Assembly: GCA_030704615.1 (NCBI GenBank)
Contig: CM060731.1
Location: 69,750,001 to 69,814,000 of the forward strand
Length of the DNA stretch: 64,000 bases
Source of the DNA: Takakia lepidozioides
Lineage: Eukaryota > Plantae > Bryophyta
Direction of reading: 5' to 3'
The translations under genes were made by a program, and so were the position numbers. The notes below the pieces were generated by a model, which had not been told where the DNA came from, ran no database searches, and worked only from the letters and a program-made list of their open reading frames with translations. Shown here in pieces: positions 50,805 through 64,000 of this stretch (positions are counted from its first letter, which is position 1; every line of letters begins with the position of its first letter).

Positions 50805-52512
50805 TCTGGAGTGACACTCCATTCACCCTGGTGTCTGTTGTCTCTCCCCTCACCCTAGATGATGTCACCCCAATCTGCCTCACTCTGTAGAAGGCAAGGG
50901 GAAGATTGACAGGTTGGAAAGTGCTACGTTCCTCTCCCTCTTCAAAGAGAAAATCATAGAGCGTTTTTTTTTTTTGGCCTTTTGGGTTGGTTTGGAATGT
51001 TTGTTTCTATAGACCATGATACATCTGATCCAAATCTCATCTAGTATATATGGCCCAGCTACACATTTCTAATTAAAATTCTTTACTCATGTACATGCAG
51101 TCCTAAATCTCTTTGCTTGCTACTGTCTTAACATGCAGCCCTTTCAGTGCTCATGATCATACTGTCTATTTGTCGAGAATCATATACACCGGTAGGGGAG
51201 ATCTGCCTAAAGCTCTAGAGCTCTAGGTAGGTGTAACAGTTGCCCAAGATAAAGACTGACCTTCTTATGCCTTGAATGTGCGGTAGATTAGTTGCAACTC
51301 AATGTGGAGCTGCAGTGGATTGACAATGACATGAGCCGGGTGAATGGAAGTCCAATACCCCAAAAGGACATATCGTCAAGTTTGAGAAGAAGCCTTACCA
51401 CTTGAATGACAGAAGATCTTGGCCCAAATATCCCGCGGACATAATCGTCTCAGGTCCTGTGCCTGGTAAGTATAGACTCCTTCTGGATCACTCAGCGATG
51501 TTACAGCCAGTGTTACAGCCAGAGGTTGTCGGCTCATCCATAGTTCTTAGGGAGATTGTGAGGTTGTATCCTGGGAAGTTGGCGAAGCTCTTGCCTCTGA
51601 CCTTCATTGGACATCCGTTACCTTCCCTAGCACAAAGGCTGTGGAATTTTGCATACAACCACTCCGCCAAATTGATTCAAATTTATCAGTTGGAGTACTT
51701 CCCTGCCGACGGTGTCTCATTGCTGGATGCCTTCGGTAACCTCTGTGATACCAAGATTATGATGAGAGGCATGTTGAATAAAAATCTTTGTAAAGCAAGA
51801 CATATACTGCAATGGGGTTCAAGTCGATGCAGCCAAAGTTCAATTGTAAGGTTGATGAGGGCAAGGCATCATTCGAAACCTTCAAATGGGAAGGAGACGT
51901 TGCAAGATACCATGTCATGCTTAGAGATCATGAACCTCCAAATGGTGAAGCTGCAATGATGTTTTAACTGGAGGTACGACCAACAGCCACACATGGCCCT
52001 CCTATGCAGATTGTTCACAATGTCCAAAGGTCAACCCCGATAGTCCTATTTTGAAGCCCAGATTGTAGATGCACATGAAAACACATGTAGCGGAGTTTCT
52101 GGTCCCTTCCTTGCGCCTGAGCTTGCTGCAGCAGAGAAATGGGTCTGTTACAAGGGATGAAGGGTAGGACAGTGGGTATCCAATCTCCGACGTTTAGTGA
52201 CGAACTTGTTTCGGCAATCGTCCAGAACGCTGTAGTCTTGTTTGAAACCTCACCCATATTGTCAGAGCGAAGAAGATTAGGGCGATACAACCTGATGAAG
52301 TTGATATTTGTAGAGCTTGGAAAACAGCTCCAGGTATTCGAACCACTCACAGAGCTACACCCTGCACTTCGGAGCTTGAAAACTCTAGAGGTCAATGAAT
52401 TTCACTAAAAACTGATCCATGAGATCCATGATTTCACCGTGGCATCAAACCTTCTTTTGAAGTAGTAAACATGCTGTTTATCTAGTCTAAGACTTGCGGT
52501 TGTTGTAAATTG
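50805..52512 (-). repeat. Segmental duplication B, inverted partial copy 3
   Basis: Reverse complement of ~35540-37210. ORF 51402..51959 (+) is paralogous to 36082..36477 (-). Confidence 0.9.
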
Positions 52513-52514
52513 AC

Positions 52515-55500
52515 AAAAGCGTTGGGGGCAGCAGCTTCAGCTGCTGTAGGTTTCATGAGCTGTCTCTGTTCAAGAATCGGCTCCGGCATACTAGTTTCAT
52601 AAATTTTCACGATCTGATCCATGCGACGAAATTGCCATGGCCACCATATGTTGTATAAAAAATGCCCGAGGTCGTACCAATTGTCCAGGTGAATAGTTCT
52701 GCAGATCCGAAGGAAGGCAAGGTCAATACAAAGAGTTGCTGAATAAACAAGGTTTCTTTCAGTAATGGCAGGACCATCCCTCTTCATCCTCTACACCACG
52801 CAATGATGCAAAGGCTGAACTCTCCGGTAAGAGGAAAATATAAGTGGCCCGTTGGGGTGAAAGATCTGATCTAAGAGTTTTAGCCTAAGGTTGGGATAAA
52901 ATCTGTGGGGGGCCTCTAACTTGGTAGTTGACTAACGGTACTTCATGCATCAGTCAGTGGGAAATAGTTGTCTACTCAAAAAGCAGCAGGAGATAGAAGA
53001 AGGATTTAAACCATCACATTATATCCCCAAATACTAAGAAAGGCAAGACTCCCTTGAGTATCGAGAACACCATTGAGATTCCTTGGCATACCGTGCTCTG
53101 GATATGGGCAGCACTACATGATGAGATAGATGCACATTAGAAGGAACCATGATGTTGGTGTTTACAGTTAATTTTATCCTGTGAAGTTGTGACTGATTCC
53201 AAGGAAGATGGAAGAGGTGGGACCGAGATTGACAAGATGATAATAGTCAATTATCACATATCCTTGTACCTTCCTGCCTACCTTCAGCCAAATTCATTCA
53301 TTTCCATCCAGCAGTATGTCCCTAAATCCTACGTACCTCGGCATGGTAAGGTGTGAGAGTGGTCATATTGTGTTGATTGATGGAGTAACGCTTGAAAAAA
53401 TTCTTCACTTTCACTGCCACCTCTGCAGCGTGAGACGTCCATGCCACCTTATGCACAGATTCTGTTAACACAGCACCCATACAAAAGTCGCTGTCAAAGA
53501 AGGTAAGAACTTTCTTGACTTCAGTGCATTTCATTTCCTACCAGAAACTACCAGGAACTCATGTGAGACCTCAAGCCAAAGCTCAATAATATTTGCACCC
53601 TAGAGTTCAGGGAATTTTCACAGTAAAATGACCATGGGTGCCAACAAGCATAGCATGCTACATCACCTTCAAACTCTTGAGAAGTAGCTACACATTACCA
53701 TAGAGCATGTAGGTAGTACATTGTTCCACACAAAAAAGAAGGGACAGAAGGGTCAGTACATGTACCTCGAAGGAATATCTTCCTCAATCGCCCATACATA
53801 CCCAGCTCCTCATAGGTCATGCCCATATCAATCTCATCGGTCTGAAAAAGCAACATACATGAGAGCTGCGAGAGACGTATAGAGTTTGCACCACTGCATT
53901 GAAACATATTACATGCACCAGTTGTGAACAAATTTTTTCAGAACCAAGACTTTCTTCAGAATGTAAGATCTGAACAGATTCAAATAACCAGGATCCTCAG
54001 CCATCATGTCCACTGCTGTTTCAATGCTTTGAATTAGGGTGACTACTTCATAACAGATGGATCTATCAAGTTTCTGTTACAGCCAATTGATAAAAAGGGT
54101 GATATACCTGTGTGTACTTCTCTTTGATGGGCTCCAGTTTTGCTGTTGGCAGCGCACTTTCAACTTCTGCTAGGGTTGTGAACCCAAGGTTATCAGCAAC
54201 CCACCTTAACGCCTGTCCCATAACAATTTGAATGTTGTAATCCAGCAATCACCCAAAGGGTAGTGGAGCTAGGAAAAAGGAACGGTTGCATTGATGGTAG
54301 ACCTTGGTGAGGTAGCCCCGAAGACCTTCATCAACATTTGCACTTCCAAGCACAAGCAGGAAACCAGGCTTACTCTGCACCCATTGCATCAGAGAAGCTA
54401 GCCTAAACGCAATCACCATGTGAATAGTTGGAAAATTGCATTGATGGTAAGATGAAGACCTTGGTGAGGTAGCCCCGAAGACCTTCATCGACATTTGCGC
54501 TTCCAAGCACAAGCAGGAAACCAGGCGTACTCCGCACCCATTGCATGAGAGAAGCTAGCCTAGACGCAATCACCATGTGAATACGGCTTGTATGTTTTGC
54601 AAAGCTCTGTCTGTGTTCCTCCATGCACCTTATTTGCAGCCCATTGCCACCCCCATCAGGACTTTGACTTCAAACCACATATGCATATCAAAGTAGCAAC
54701 ACAATTGAATCCTCTCGGGTCTGACACTCTCAAACGTGAGGTAGAAAGACACCGTTCGGTCACTCTCTGCGCAGTTTTTTAACAATAACATACTAGCACC
54801 CTCTCCAGAGAGTAAATGTATATTGTAGTTTGTGACCTCAGGTGTATATTCACTCATACCATGTCAGAGAAAAACAACCTGATGCCAGACACAATATGGA
54901 AGGACAAAGTAGATCAACACATCTGATCGAGGTTATGGGAAACAAACAGGCTGAAGGAACTGAAAGACATATAAAAGAAACTGGTTGCTACTTTCTGTAT
55001 CAGATGAAGATGGAGGGACGTGAAATACAGCTCAGAAGGCACCCGAGACAGGGCTAAGCCGTTGGCAGCAGAGATCGTTGCCTCACACTTAAAAGTCAAT
55101 ATTGATGTGGTCGTTAAAGCCTTGCTTGAATCACTATTTGACACTATGTTCCCTGGGAAGAAACTAAAGTACAAGGTATGGTCCTCATCTGAATGTTCAA
55201 AACATAGAGCTTTCTGAAAAGGCGTGGACATTTTCACATATCATACTTCAAAGAGAGGGTGAGCTGAGCAGACCTATTCTCCGTGCCCATGTACACCGCA
55301 TGCAGGAGTCGATATGCTTCAGCAGTTTTAGGCGCTTCATCCTTCTGATAGTTACCAACACGATTGGCATCTGCAAGAACTTGCTTGTCGCCCTCCTTCT
55401 CCGCTGCATCAAAGTTCCAGGATAGTAAAGTAAGACTTGCACTCTTAATGTGGTACTCAGGAGAACTTCATTTCCAACAGACCTGAAGAGAGTGCAGAGA

Positions 55501-55880
55501 GTAAAGAGTAGGGAGTAAAGAGAGTAAAGATAACGAGCTGACACATACAGCCAACAATGGCAGCTACAGATGAGCTGTCAGCACCCCCTCGAAACTGGCA
55601 ACATGTATCCCGTAGCCCCGAACCTGAGGGTACTCAGATGAACTTCATTTCCAATAGAGTGAAAAGAGAAGTAAAGGGAGGAAAGAGCGAGTTAGATGCA
55701 AACCTTTGACAACGAGCTGAAACATACAGCCAACAAAGGCAGCTAACGACAAGCTGTCAGCACCCCCCAAAGTGGCAACAAGTATCCCGTAGTCCCGCTG
55801 CGGCAGAGATATTCCGAGAGCCAGCAAGCCGGACCAGGAGCTATTTCCTCATATGGATCATGGTAGCACTCCGCAATATT
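52515..55880 (-). pseudogene. QNS1: Glutamine-dependent NAD(+) synthetase pseudogene, copy 2 (includes C-terminal exons)
   Basis: Same exons as copy 1, plus [31 protein letters not shown] (~53335-53430) and DNWYDLGHFLYNIWWPWQFRRMDQIV (~52610-52690). Confidence 0.9.
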
Positions 55881-57211
55881 CAGAATGCTCCATCAGAAGA
55901 AAAAAGCTACTACAGCTGGCCAAAGGAACAGGATGTACTTGAAAGGTGCTGAAGGTTCCTGTCGACATAGCTCTTTTGGACAGTGGCAAAGCAGTCCATC
56001 GTGCAGTGGAAGTTCAAAATAGTCTGTTAAGCCTTACAGGCCTGGTAGTTTCGAGATGCTACATCAGTAAAGGAAGAGCGCCTACTACAAGCATATGGAT
56101 TCACCAAGGCCTTGAGCAAGTCACATGAGGAAGATTGGATTTGCAGATACATGCTGTGACCAATATACTCTTTGTCATCCAGATAAAAGATTGAGAGAGG
56201 AAATGAGAGTGCTTACGTATCCTCAAAGGCCAGGTAGCCATCACCAAAAGGAACAGTTTCTTGTCCAGTGACTTTCTTGATGCTCTCTGGAAGTTGTTGC
56301 GTCTCCAGCTGGCGTAGATGTATTAGATGATGGCCACCGGGTGGACCGGGCGAGGGGGGGCGCGTTTGTAGCCCCCGATGTCGCTATCAGAGCTATAATA
56401 GCCAAAGAAAACTTGCCACGTGGTGCATTATCTTGACAAGTGAGGGTCCGAACCCTGTGAAACGTTGGGTGGAAGCTATAATACAACCCCATGCCCGATT
56501 ACGTTTCCAAGCAGAGAACTAACGAAGTTCGCGGTAGTTTCCATCACTGGCTAGGTAAAGCTTGGGCTGGGCTCAGAATTTTGTGTGGCCTATGAGGCTG
56601 GTCAGACGACCGTCAGGCCATCTCATTAATATAAGAGCAAACTACCGTCATGCGTCAAGGACTTAGAATTTTTGTGGCATATGAATTTTACAACTACCTC
56701 CATGCAGGTAGTTTTAGGATTTTCTACATGGAGTTTAGTTGCAAAACCAAGCTGAACTACCTGCATGAGAGTAGTCGCACACCACCTCCATGGAGGCAAT
56801 TTACAGTAGGCGCCAACCAACGGACACATGCTCACGGAATAGAACTCGGCATCTGCGCATCGCCACAGCGCCATCGACCTACCACCAGACCACAACCTCC
56901 ACCATGCTAACAATTCGACATTTTTTCAATATATAAGAGAAACAGGGGAATAGGGATCCTTTTAATGTAGCGGGGTCCCTGTCCCCTCTGCACCGTGCGG
57001 CCTCATTACCACGAGGCCACACAAAATTCTGAGGCCTTGGGCTGTATGAGCAAGCTTTGGCCAGTGGCAATTTGAACATTAGCCGCGAGCTCCACACTAA
57101 ATAAATAGAATGAAATATTCCGAGCATATGAAAGCCTCTTTTGTAAACAACTGAATCGTAATTACTTAATGCCACAATTGAGGGTCCAACACACAACCTT
57201 GAAATCACATC
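53563..57211 (+). repeat. Segmental duplication, copy A'
   Basis: Near-identical to 1-3062. Has ~610 bp extra at 56569-57180. Confidence 0.95.
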
Positions 57212-59669
57212 CAGCCGAAATTACACAAAACCTAGTGGGCCCAATTACATACTACAAGTACATTTCTATATTTCAACTCTCTTTTTTCAGTGCTACAATA
57301 TGCAGCCTTTTGCTAATCACTTTTTGGAATCATATATATCAGAAAGATCTGATAGATCTGACAGTCATCTTAAGAGTTGAGAAAGGATCGCCAATCTCCT
57401 ATGTATACGAATTTGTTTTGCCTTGTGGAACTTGTTGAATGTGGGGAGATGAGTTGGGCGAATGGAGGTCTAGCCTGGGGGGAGGCTTTCAACATATGCC
57501 TTTGGAGATACATGGGCGCCCTTCTAATAGTGGGGTAACCACAAGGGAGGTACAAAGTGCCACTTCTAGCATGGATTAAAGGTACTTAAAGGTGTTCAGT
57601 CATAATCCTACACATGGCAGCTAAGTTCTTCCCATTGGCTTTTCAACTAAACGCAATAACCAATTATGTGAATGAACGGTTCCTCTCATACTAAATTGGA
57701 TTACTATTGCGGCGCTCTGCATCATTAATGTAAATCTAACCTCTTTCACCCCAAATGGACATTTCCTCAAATTTGAGAAGTGTTCCTAAGTTCCTACCCC
57801 AACAGCAGAAAAACTCGGCCAGTAGGAAATGTAAAGTTGTATCCGAGGAGGTTGGCCATGATCATGCTTCTGGAAGTGACTAACATCCTCTATGCAAAGG
57901 CCGTGGGATTTTGCACAACCGCTCCACCAAATTAACTAAAATTTATTGGTTGGAGTGCAATCCTGCCATCAGTATTTCCTTGATGACATGTTTCTTGATT
58001 TAATCATTGTAAAGCAGGACACCGATTGCAATGGGGTACAACATGCATGCAAGCTCAATTGTCGGGTTTGAGGGGGCAAGGCATCGTTCAAAGCCTTCAA
58101 ATGGGAAGGAGGCTATGCACGCTACCATGCCATGGTAAGAGTTGAGCAGAACACAATGCAATGCTGTTTTACCTAGAGGTAATGCCAACACTCACACACA
58201 GCCTCCTATGCAAATCATTTTCAATGGTCGCCCTGTGATAGTCCTAATTCTGAAGCCCAGGCTATGGATGCACTGGGAAACTAGTGCTGCCCGCATCCGG
58301 AAGCTTGAGGAGCGGGCGCAGTCTAAGGCTAAGAAGGGTCCCAAGACTGGAATTTTTAACTGGATTTTCAACAGGGAAGTGGCTCTTTTGTGAGCCCAAA
58401 GATATTTCTTAATCCCCTTTCTAGTGTGTGCTACTGGTGCTCTCTACCAGTGTACTCGAGCTTGAGAGGAGCTGTAAAACACATCAGATAGATCAGTGAA
58501 TTTTGCTGGTACTATTGTTCAACATGGAAGCTTTATCTGACCTCAGACAGGCGGAATTGCTGATTGGTGGTTCCTGAAATCTGTCAACCCTTTTCATAGA
58601 CTCATTCAGCATAATAGGAGACAGAGGATAAAGTTTCTGCTCTGTAGCTTTTCAGGCCTACATCACAGTGAGCTGTTGAAGCTCGTAACCTGCAGGATCT
58701 GGGTGAGTAGGATAAGCATGTACAGGGACTTGGGAGTCACCCATGGTGGACTGACTCTGTCAACGTATGAAATTCCATTCTTGGAGGAAATAAACAGAGT
58801 CAAAGAAATTGCAATCTGTCTAGCAAATGCAGATGTCCGCTTATGCAGTCTATATACAAGACTGTTTGTGTACACCTGTTTGATCATGGAGCCCCAAGGT
58901 TGGGATATCACTCATGGTTACCTTGTACAATGCAAAGCCGCCTGCAATCACAACTTCCTAAGAGCTTCATTGCTGCTATTTTTGATGGAGGTTTCTTCAG
59001 ATTGAGCAAACCACTTTGACTGGAAACAGGTTGCATATTCTCGTGTGACCATTGTCTTCTTCCTCTTCTACGCCTTCGGTTGTCCACCTGTTATTGCCAA
59101 GTTAGATACTCTATTGGTGTCAACCCCCTCTTGTTGTGCCCAAACAGGGCTTGGGGTTTATGGCTGCAAGGCTACGGCAAACGTCGTCTCATGAGTATAT
59201 TCTACCAATGTCAACTTTTGTCTGTTGCCTGTTCCTGACTGGGCGAAGGGTCTAGACGTCTTATGAGTACTACTGTCAACCTGTAATCTATTTCTTTGGA
59301 CAGTAAAGCTTGATGCCCATATCATTGAGAGGTTGAATACCCGTATCATTACCTTATACCCCATGGTTGTGAGATGAGGCTGAAGGGGACATATTCAGGA
59401 CTTTGTATTTTATTGGACTTTTGCAAATAGAAAAATAACTGGGTAGCTTCATCAACCTTAGCTAATAGGTCAGACTCTTTGGTACCCTGTATGGATTGTA
59501 TCAGGGCCCAAACATTAACTCTCTTAAGGACGTACACTTGTGGGAGCAAATGTCTTTAAGAGAACTTCTCTTGCCAGATCTCTTCCATGGATATGATACA
59601 ATCCATAAAAAATACCAAAGAATCTTGCGTATTTGGTGTTACTCAGTTTTTCTTCAATTGTTAGACAAT

Positions 59670-62600
59670 TAGCAAAATTCTTTGAAGGAACCTCCAACCT
59701 GTTGGATTGGGCAAAATGCGACTGTTTGGTTTTGAGCATCTGATTGTCCATGATGCAGGCCTTCAGACATTTTACTGATGTGAGTCTGCAACGAGTGCTT
59801 CTCTGCCTGCAAGCAACATTGCTCTGATGCAAACTCCTTCATCCGGCTTTGCATCACGGTCTCAAACTCCTCTTTCTCCTTTTCAAGTGTTGCATTCCTA
59901 TGGTGACATGCCAACAGTTCAGACGAGGAGCTACCTCTGATTGATGAAGATGAATCTGCTAACTGTGTTCACAGAAGACACTAAAGGCTAGTGCAACTGC
60001 TGGAAGTCCATCACTTTTGCTAAGATGGTAACTTTAGGCTGACCATTTTTAGCATAGTGGTCACGGCATAGCCACACCAAGGTGGTCGATCATGGAGCTA
60101 ACAATACATTAGTCACAGGGTTAGGCTTGTTCAGGTTATAGAGAAGGCTACATTGTATCCTGCACCCACATATGGGTGGGCAAGAGCAACGTTCTGCAGA
60201 AGTGGGTACCCTAAAGTTATGCCGGCTTTACTCACAGGATCTCCTTCTCTTTTCAGGATGAAAATAAAACTGGATAGTAGAGATATTGCTCAAGACAGTC
60301 GCCAATCTCATGCTCCTCGAGTTACTGCATTCCTAGGACCACAATCGTCATCGGGGCAAACTCAATGATGACTTACCTGTCGGATAGCTGATGCAGAAGC
60401 TCAAGGGTCTGCTCCATCTCATTACTAAGAGTGTTGAGTTGCTGCTCCACATTGTCTGCACTTAGTTCATTGTAACACAACTCCAACCTGTGTCCAGACA
60501 CAAGTAATGAATTTTAGGAAAATACCCCTTCAAAGCGTGTGAATTTGGCCCGTGGTTGGTGCATTTGCACTCAATTTGATTGTTACAACATATGCAAATC
60601 ATATTCTCATATGACAAACCTGCTACGGAGGTAAGAAGATGATGCAGCCAGGAATAGAATGACCAGGAGCTTGCACACCTCTCGCGGAGCTTCCCATTGA
60701 TGCTTAGCAGACGCCGTTCATTACCAACATGGGCTTCCAAATCAGCCTGCAATGCATTTACATGCCGTCGCAAGGTGGCAGCATCTGAGGCTGGAGGGGC
60801 CATTACCCCCTGATCCCTCAAGCGAGGGTTAGCAGCTCTAGGGGTTGGCGCACTTTGTGTACCAATTCTTGCGGCAACAATTGGACTCACTCTCCAAGGA
60901 GACTTTTGGGTGCTTTGAGTACCAGATTTCCTATGGCCGACCTTGCAAATTCTGGATGGCAATTGTTGAAAGCATTGTGCAGGCCCAATCCTAAAACCCA
61001 CATTTGGTTCACTCATTTATATGTGAAAGAAGGGTTAAGGATGGGACATGCCATCCTTGGGCCTGCAGAGCTTGTCTCCTTTTGGATCACAGTTGACGGA
61101 GGCCCACTGAATTCTGTGGTAACTTCATATGGAGCTGGATTGATTTTGGGTAGCTGAGTGTCACACCCCCAACATTCAAAGTGAGCTGGGCTGCTTGCTG
61201 GGTGGGAGGTTGGGACATCATGGTCCTTCAGATGCGCTTCAGCTGCCAAATATTCACCCTCCAGGCTGCTAGCCTCCACTGTGCTGAGGGCATCTGCAGG
61301 AACACTCAGCAGTACATACAATTATTACTGGTATTCGTTTGTCAGAAGGCGGCACACATGGCATATGAAGTTCAACCTCCCTCCTCCCCTTCCCCCTGGG
61401 AAACTTCAGAAATTATGAGTGCAAGGTCTTTCAAACACAGCCTGCTTAGTGTCCTTGCAATGGAGATGCAATCAAGCTTATTCGCTGGGGTTGCTGCTAG
61501 CATACAGAAGAGCAAGAGGGGGGGTGATGCGCATTTTGGAATTGACATGGAGGCAGCATGCTGAAAGGCTACTCCTCGAGATGCATTGGAGTTGGACACC
61601 GGTTGTAGAACTTTGAGGTCATCAACCCTAGAAAAAAGTAGATTTGGAAAAAAAATCTGATAATCATGATTGTGTGCTGTAACAGTAGCATAAGTTGAAG
61701 AATGGTACCATAGACGGGTTGAATTAAATTCAGAGATCAATAATGTGACATTCAGCCAGAGACATGCCAGTGCCCAATCAAATCCGAGGACAGGTCACAC
61801 CTTGACCTGTAATATTCCCTGTGAAGAATGGAATGAAGCAAATTGAGCAATGCACTGCAAAGAATGTACCTACCAGTATAAGATGGACTCAAATTTGACA
61901 TTGTAGAAGACCTCCTGTGTCTCTTGTTCTAAAAGGTTTTGGTCAACGGAGGCCCCATAGGGGCACATTGGAATGTCATGTGCATCAAGACATGTATGGC
62001 CTACTTGGGAAGTATTCCTCGGACTTCTGAATGTCCTCACCATAGCGAATTCTCCAACTTTGTAGAAGTGCGCCAAACATCCGTCCTTAGTACTGTTGTT
62101 TCAGAGATTTAGATCATCCTCGCAGATATACATGATCTATTTGGGCCGAACGCAAGGAACAGTTGTTTGCTATAGAGAGTCAAACGATAGGAAGAACCCG
62201 ACAAGTGAAACGCCAAATTTCAAATGGGGCAGAAGTGGAGTTAGATGATATAGATGTTCAATGTGACACGAACACCCCACCAGAAGCCCATGACCCGGTT
62301 GCGGGTGGGGACCTCACACTGATGATCCCATGGCATGTCTACCTTTATATGAAGGCTGTAAATCCTCTAAGCTTGCAGCCACCATGCTATAATGAATCTA
62401 TGCACAACACATGGGTTTACAAATGGCTTTGCTGATGAGACTAGCCAATTCCCATGTAAGCTCACAGCTGAGTGCAGGATAAGAGCTTTCCAAAGTCTTT
62501 GAATGTGAGAGAATTCAAGACAAGAGGAGGACAAGACCCTTTTTCCGCATCTAGGAGCTGAATTAGCAGATCATCTCGTACCATTTCCGCCCCCTTCCAC

Positions 62601-62943
62601 ACGTAGGACTAGGATAAAAGTGTAACAGCAGAAGGAATTCTCCCAACACCATATCTACTCACTGCCAAGTCAAATGTGTGCGTGTAACAGAAGGGGGTAG
62701 AGAGAGAGACGATGGAATTCAGAGAGATAAAACAGAGATTTGGTGCATTTTGCAGAACCTCCAGCAAACTCCTTTCGAAGGGAAGACGATGAAGTCGGCC
62801 AAAGAACAACATCTCCAGAAACACCCTAATGCCCCTCCGAATCTGTAGACCGGTTCACCCCCATAACCAACTCTAAGACAACCAAATCCCTCCTTCAACC
62901 GCCGCTCAAGCATCCTGTCGCTGGCAAGTGTCGTCTGAGCCAT
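59670..62943 (-). CDS. Probable multi-exon gene for a coiled-coil protein (structure uncertain, possibly degenerate)
   Basis: Heptad-like segments TLRRHVNALQADLEAHVGNERRLLSINGKLRER, VEQQLNTLSNEMEQTLELLHQLSD and RNATLEKEKEEFETVMQSRMKEF, with plausible splice sites. Candidate first ATG at 62943. Confidence 0.4.
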
Positions 62944-63035
62944 CTCACACTCATCCTCCTTCCTCTCTCTACCAACTCACGACTTACCCAAAACGTGTAA
63001 GTAAAAGCAGTTAAATCTCAGCTGCTGTCACATTC

Positions 63036-63040
63036 GCGGG

Positions 63041-63083
<43 letters not shown>

Positions 63084-63108
63084 GCGTGTTCGATCCACGC
63101 TCACCGCA
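63036..63108 (+). tRNA. trnF-GAA: tRNA-Phe (GAA), plant nuclear type
   Basis: GCGGGGATAGCTCAGTTGGGAGAGCGTCAGACTGAAGATCTGAAGGTCGCGTGTTCGATCCACGCTCACCGCA, 73 nt, with a downstream T-run Pol III terminator at ~63121. Confidence 0.99.
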
Positions 63109-64000
63109 TCCGATTTCTTCTTTTTGTTGTGCTCCCTGTCGCCCATCCTTGAGCATGTTCATCATCACCAGTGCCTTTCCAAAAAAGCGGAAGAACTGGG
63201 CTTCTCTTGAAAGCTGGAAAGATTCAAAGGCGTTCTGTTATGGTCCAGAAGTTCAGACTCTCTTTTGAACTTGAATCTCTGCATTTGATTAAAGAATCTG
63301 TGGTAGAGATGTTAGAGAAAGCAGTCTTGTCAAGACACTTTTGATGTACAGAGCCTGGAGAGTTTTGGAAAGGAGCCTGGTCCAGTTCGCACTGTTTTCC
63401 AAATGGCTCTCAATTTGCTTATGCCATCACCAGGTGAATCATAGACAACCTAGCCTTAGTTCTTCATATTGCTCAGTGTGATACAAAGAGGACCATCTCA
63501 ATTTGTACTCAAGAATGCTGTAATGAGTGAGAACCCCCAGGAATGTGATTTCTCACATATAAGGTTTGATGAGGAAGAGACACAAACATGAGAAAGGATC
63601 AGTATCAATACTTTTTGTTGGGAATGGTTAGACAAACAGGAATACGAAAACAGCGTCTCTGTAACCACCTTGTCATCCACAAACTCAACATTCACAGATA
63701 CTAATCATTCCTACACCGCTTTCATGGCTCATCTAACAATATCTGAGCTCAAATCAAGCTTATTTGAGCGTTTATAAATCAAGCTCCTCATGAAGATCAA
63801 CTTGCTCTCAAATTGTATTACATGGCTTGGTAGTGGGACAGCCCCTGATCAGGTCAAATAGACCACTTCCAGTCAAAGGGGAAGACATAATATAAGGTCC
63901 AACATATGTGAACCAGCCAACTCATCAGATGTAAGAGATCTTTAGTTTTCGTGCGTCACCATTCAAGCAGCATAGCTAACCCTCCTTCCAAGTCACCCAT

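Overview
Eukaryotic nuclear DNA from a land plant, probably a seed-free lineage (inference from the plant-type tRNA-Phe, chromovirus-type Ty3/gypsy, CACTA and short GT-AG introns). The window is mostly decayed transposons and segmental duplications. The main result is a ~21.7-kb Mutator-like (MULE) DNA transposon at 7356-29039. It is delimited by short imperfect terminal inverted repeats and a 9-bp target-site duplication (CAAGATAAT/CAAGAGAAT). Removing it restores the reading frame of a Ty3/gypsy protease-RT gene. At its right end the element carries a GCM-like Zn finger-DDE-SWIM transposase (+ strand). At its left end it carries an intron-containing gene (- strand) that fuses a ParB/Srx-like N-terminal domain (WDGNHR) to a prokaryote-type beta-class N4C/N6A DNA methyltransferase. 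Between these lie two mirrored arrays of roughly 28-30 GCGACCGCC-N5-7-GGCGGTCGC palindromes each, mirrored TGACGT clusters, a ~1.02-kb higher-order tandem repeat and two unknown ORF remnants. All element genes carry frameshifts or stops in this copy. The rest of the window holds two near-identical copies of a rearranged glutamine-dependent NAD+ synthetase pseudogene (one exon inverted), a CACTA Tnp2 remnant, a block-scrambled gypsy element, a 5-kb duplication with a GMI1/SMCHD1-like remnant, a LINE RT fragment, a probable coiled-coil gene and a tRNA-Phe(GAA). Protein family calls come from motif recognition by eye, not from database searches. Coordinates of degenerate features are approximate.
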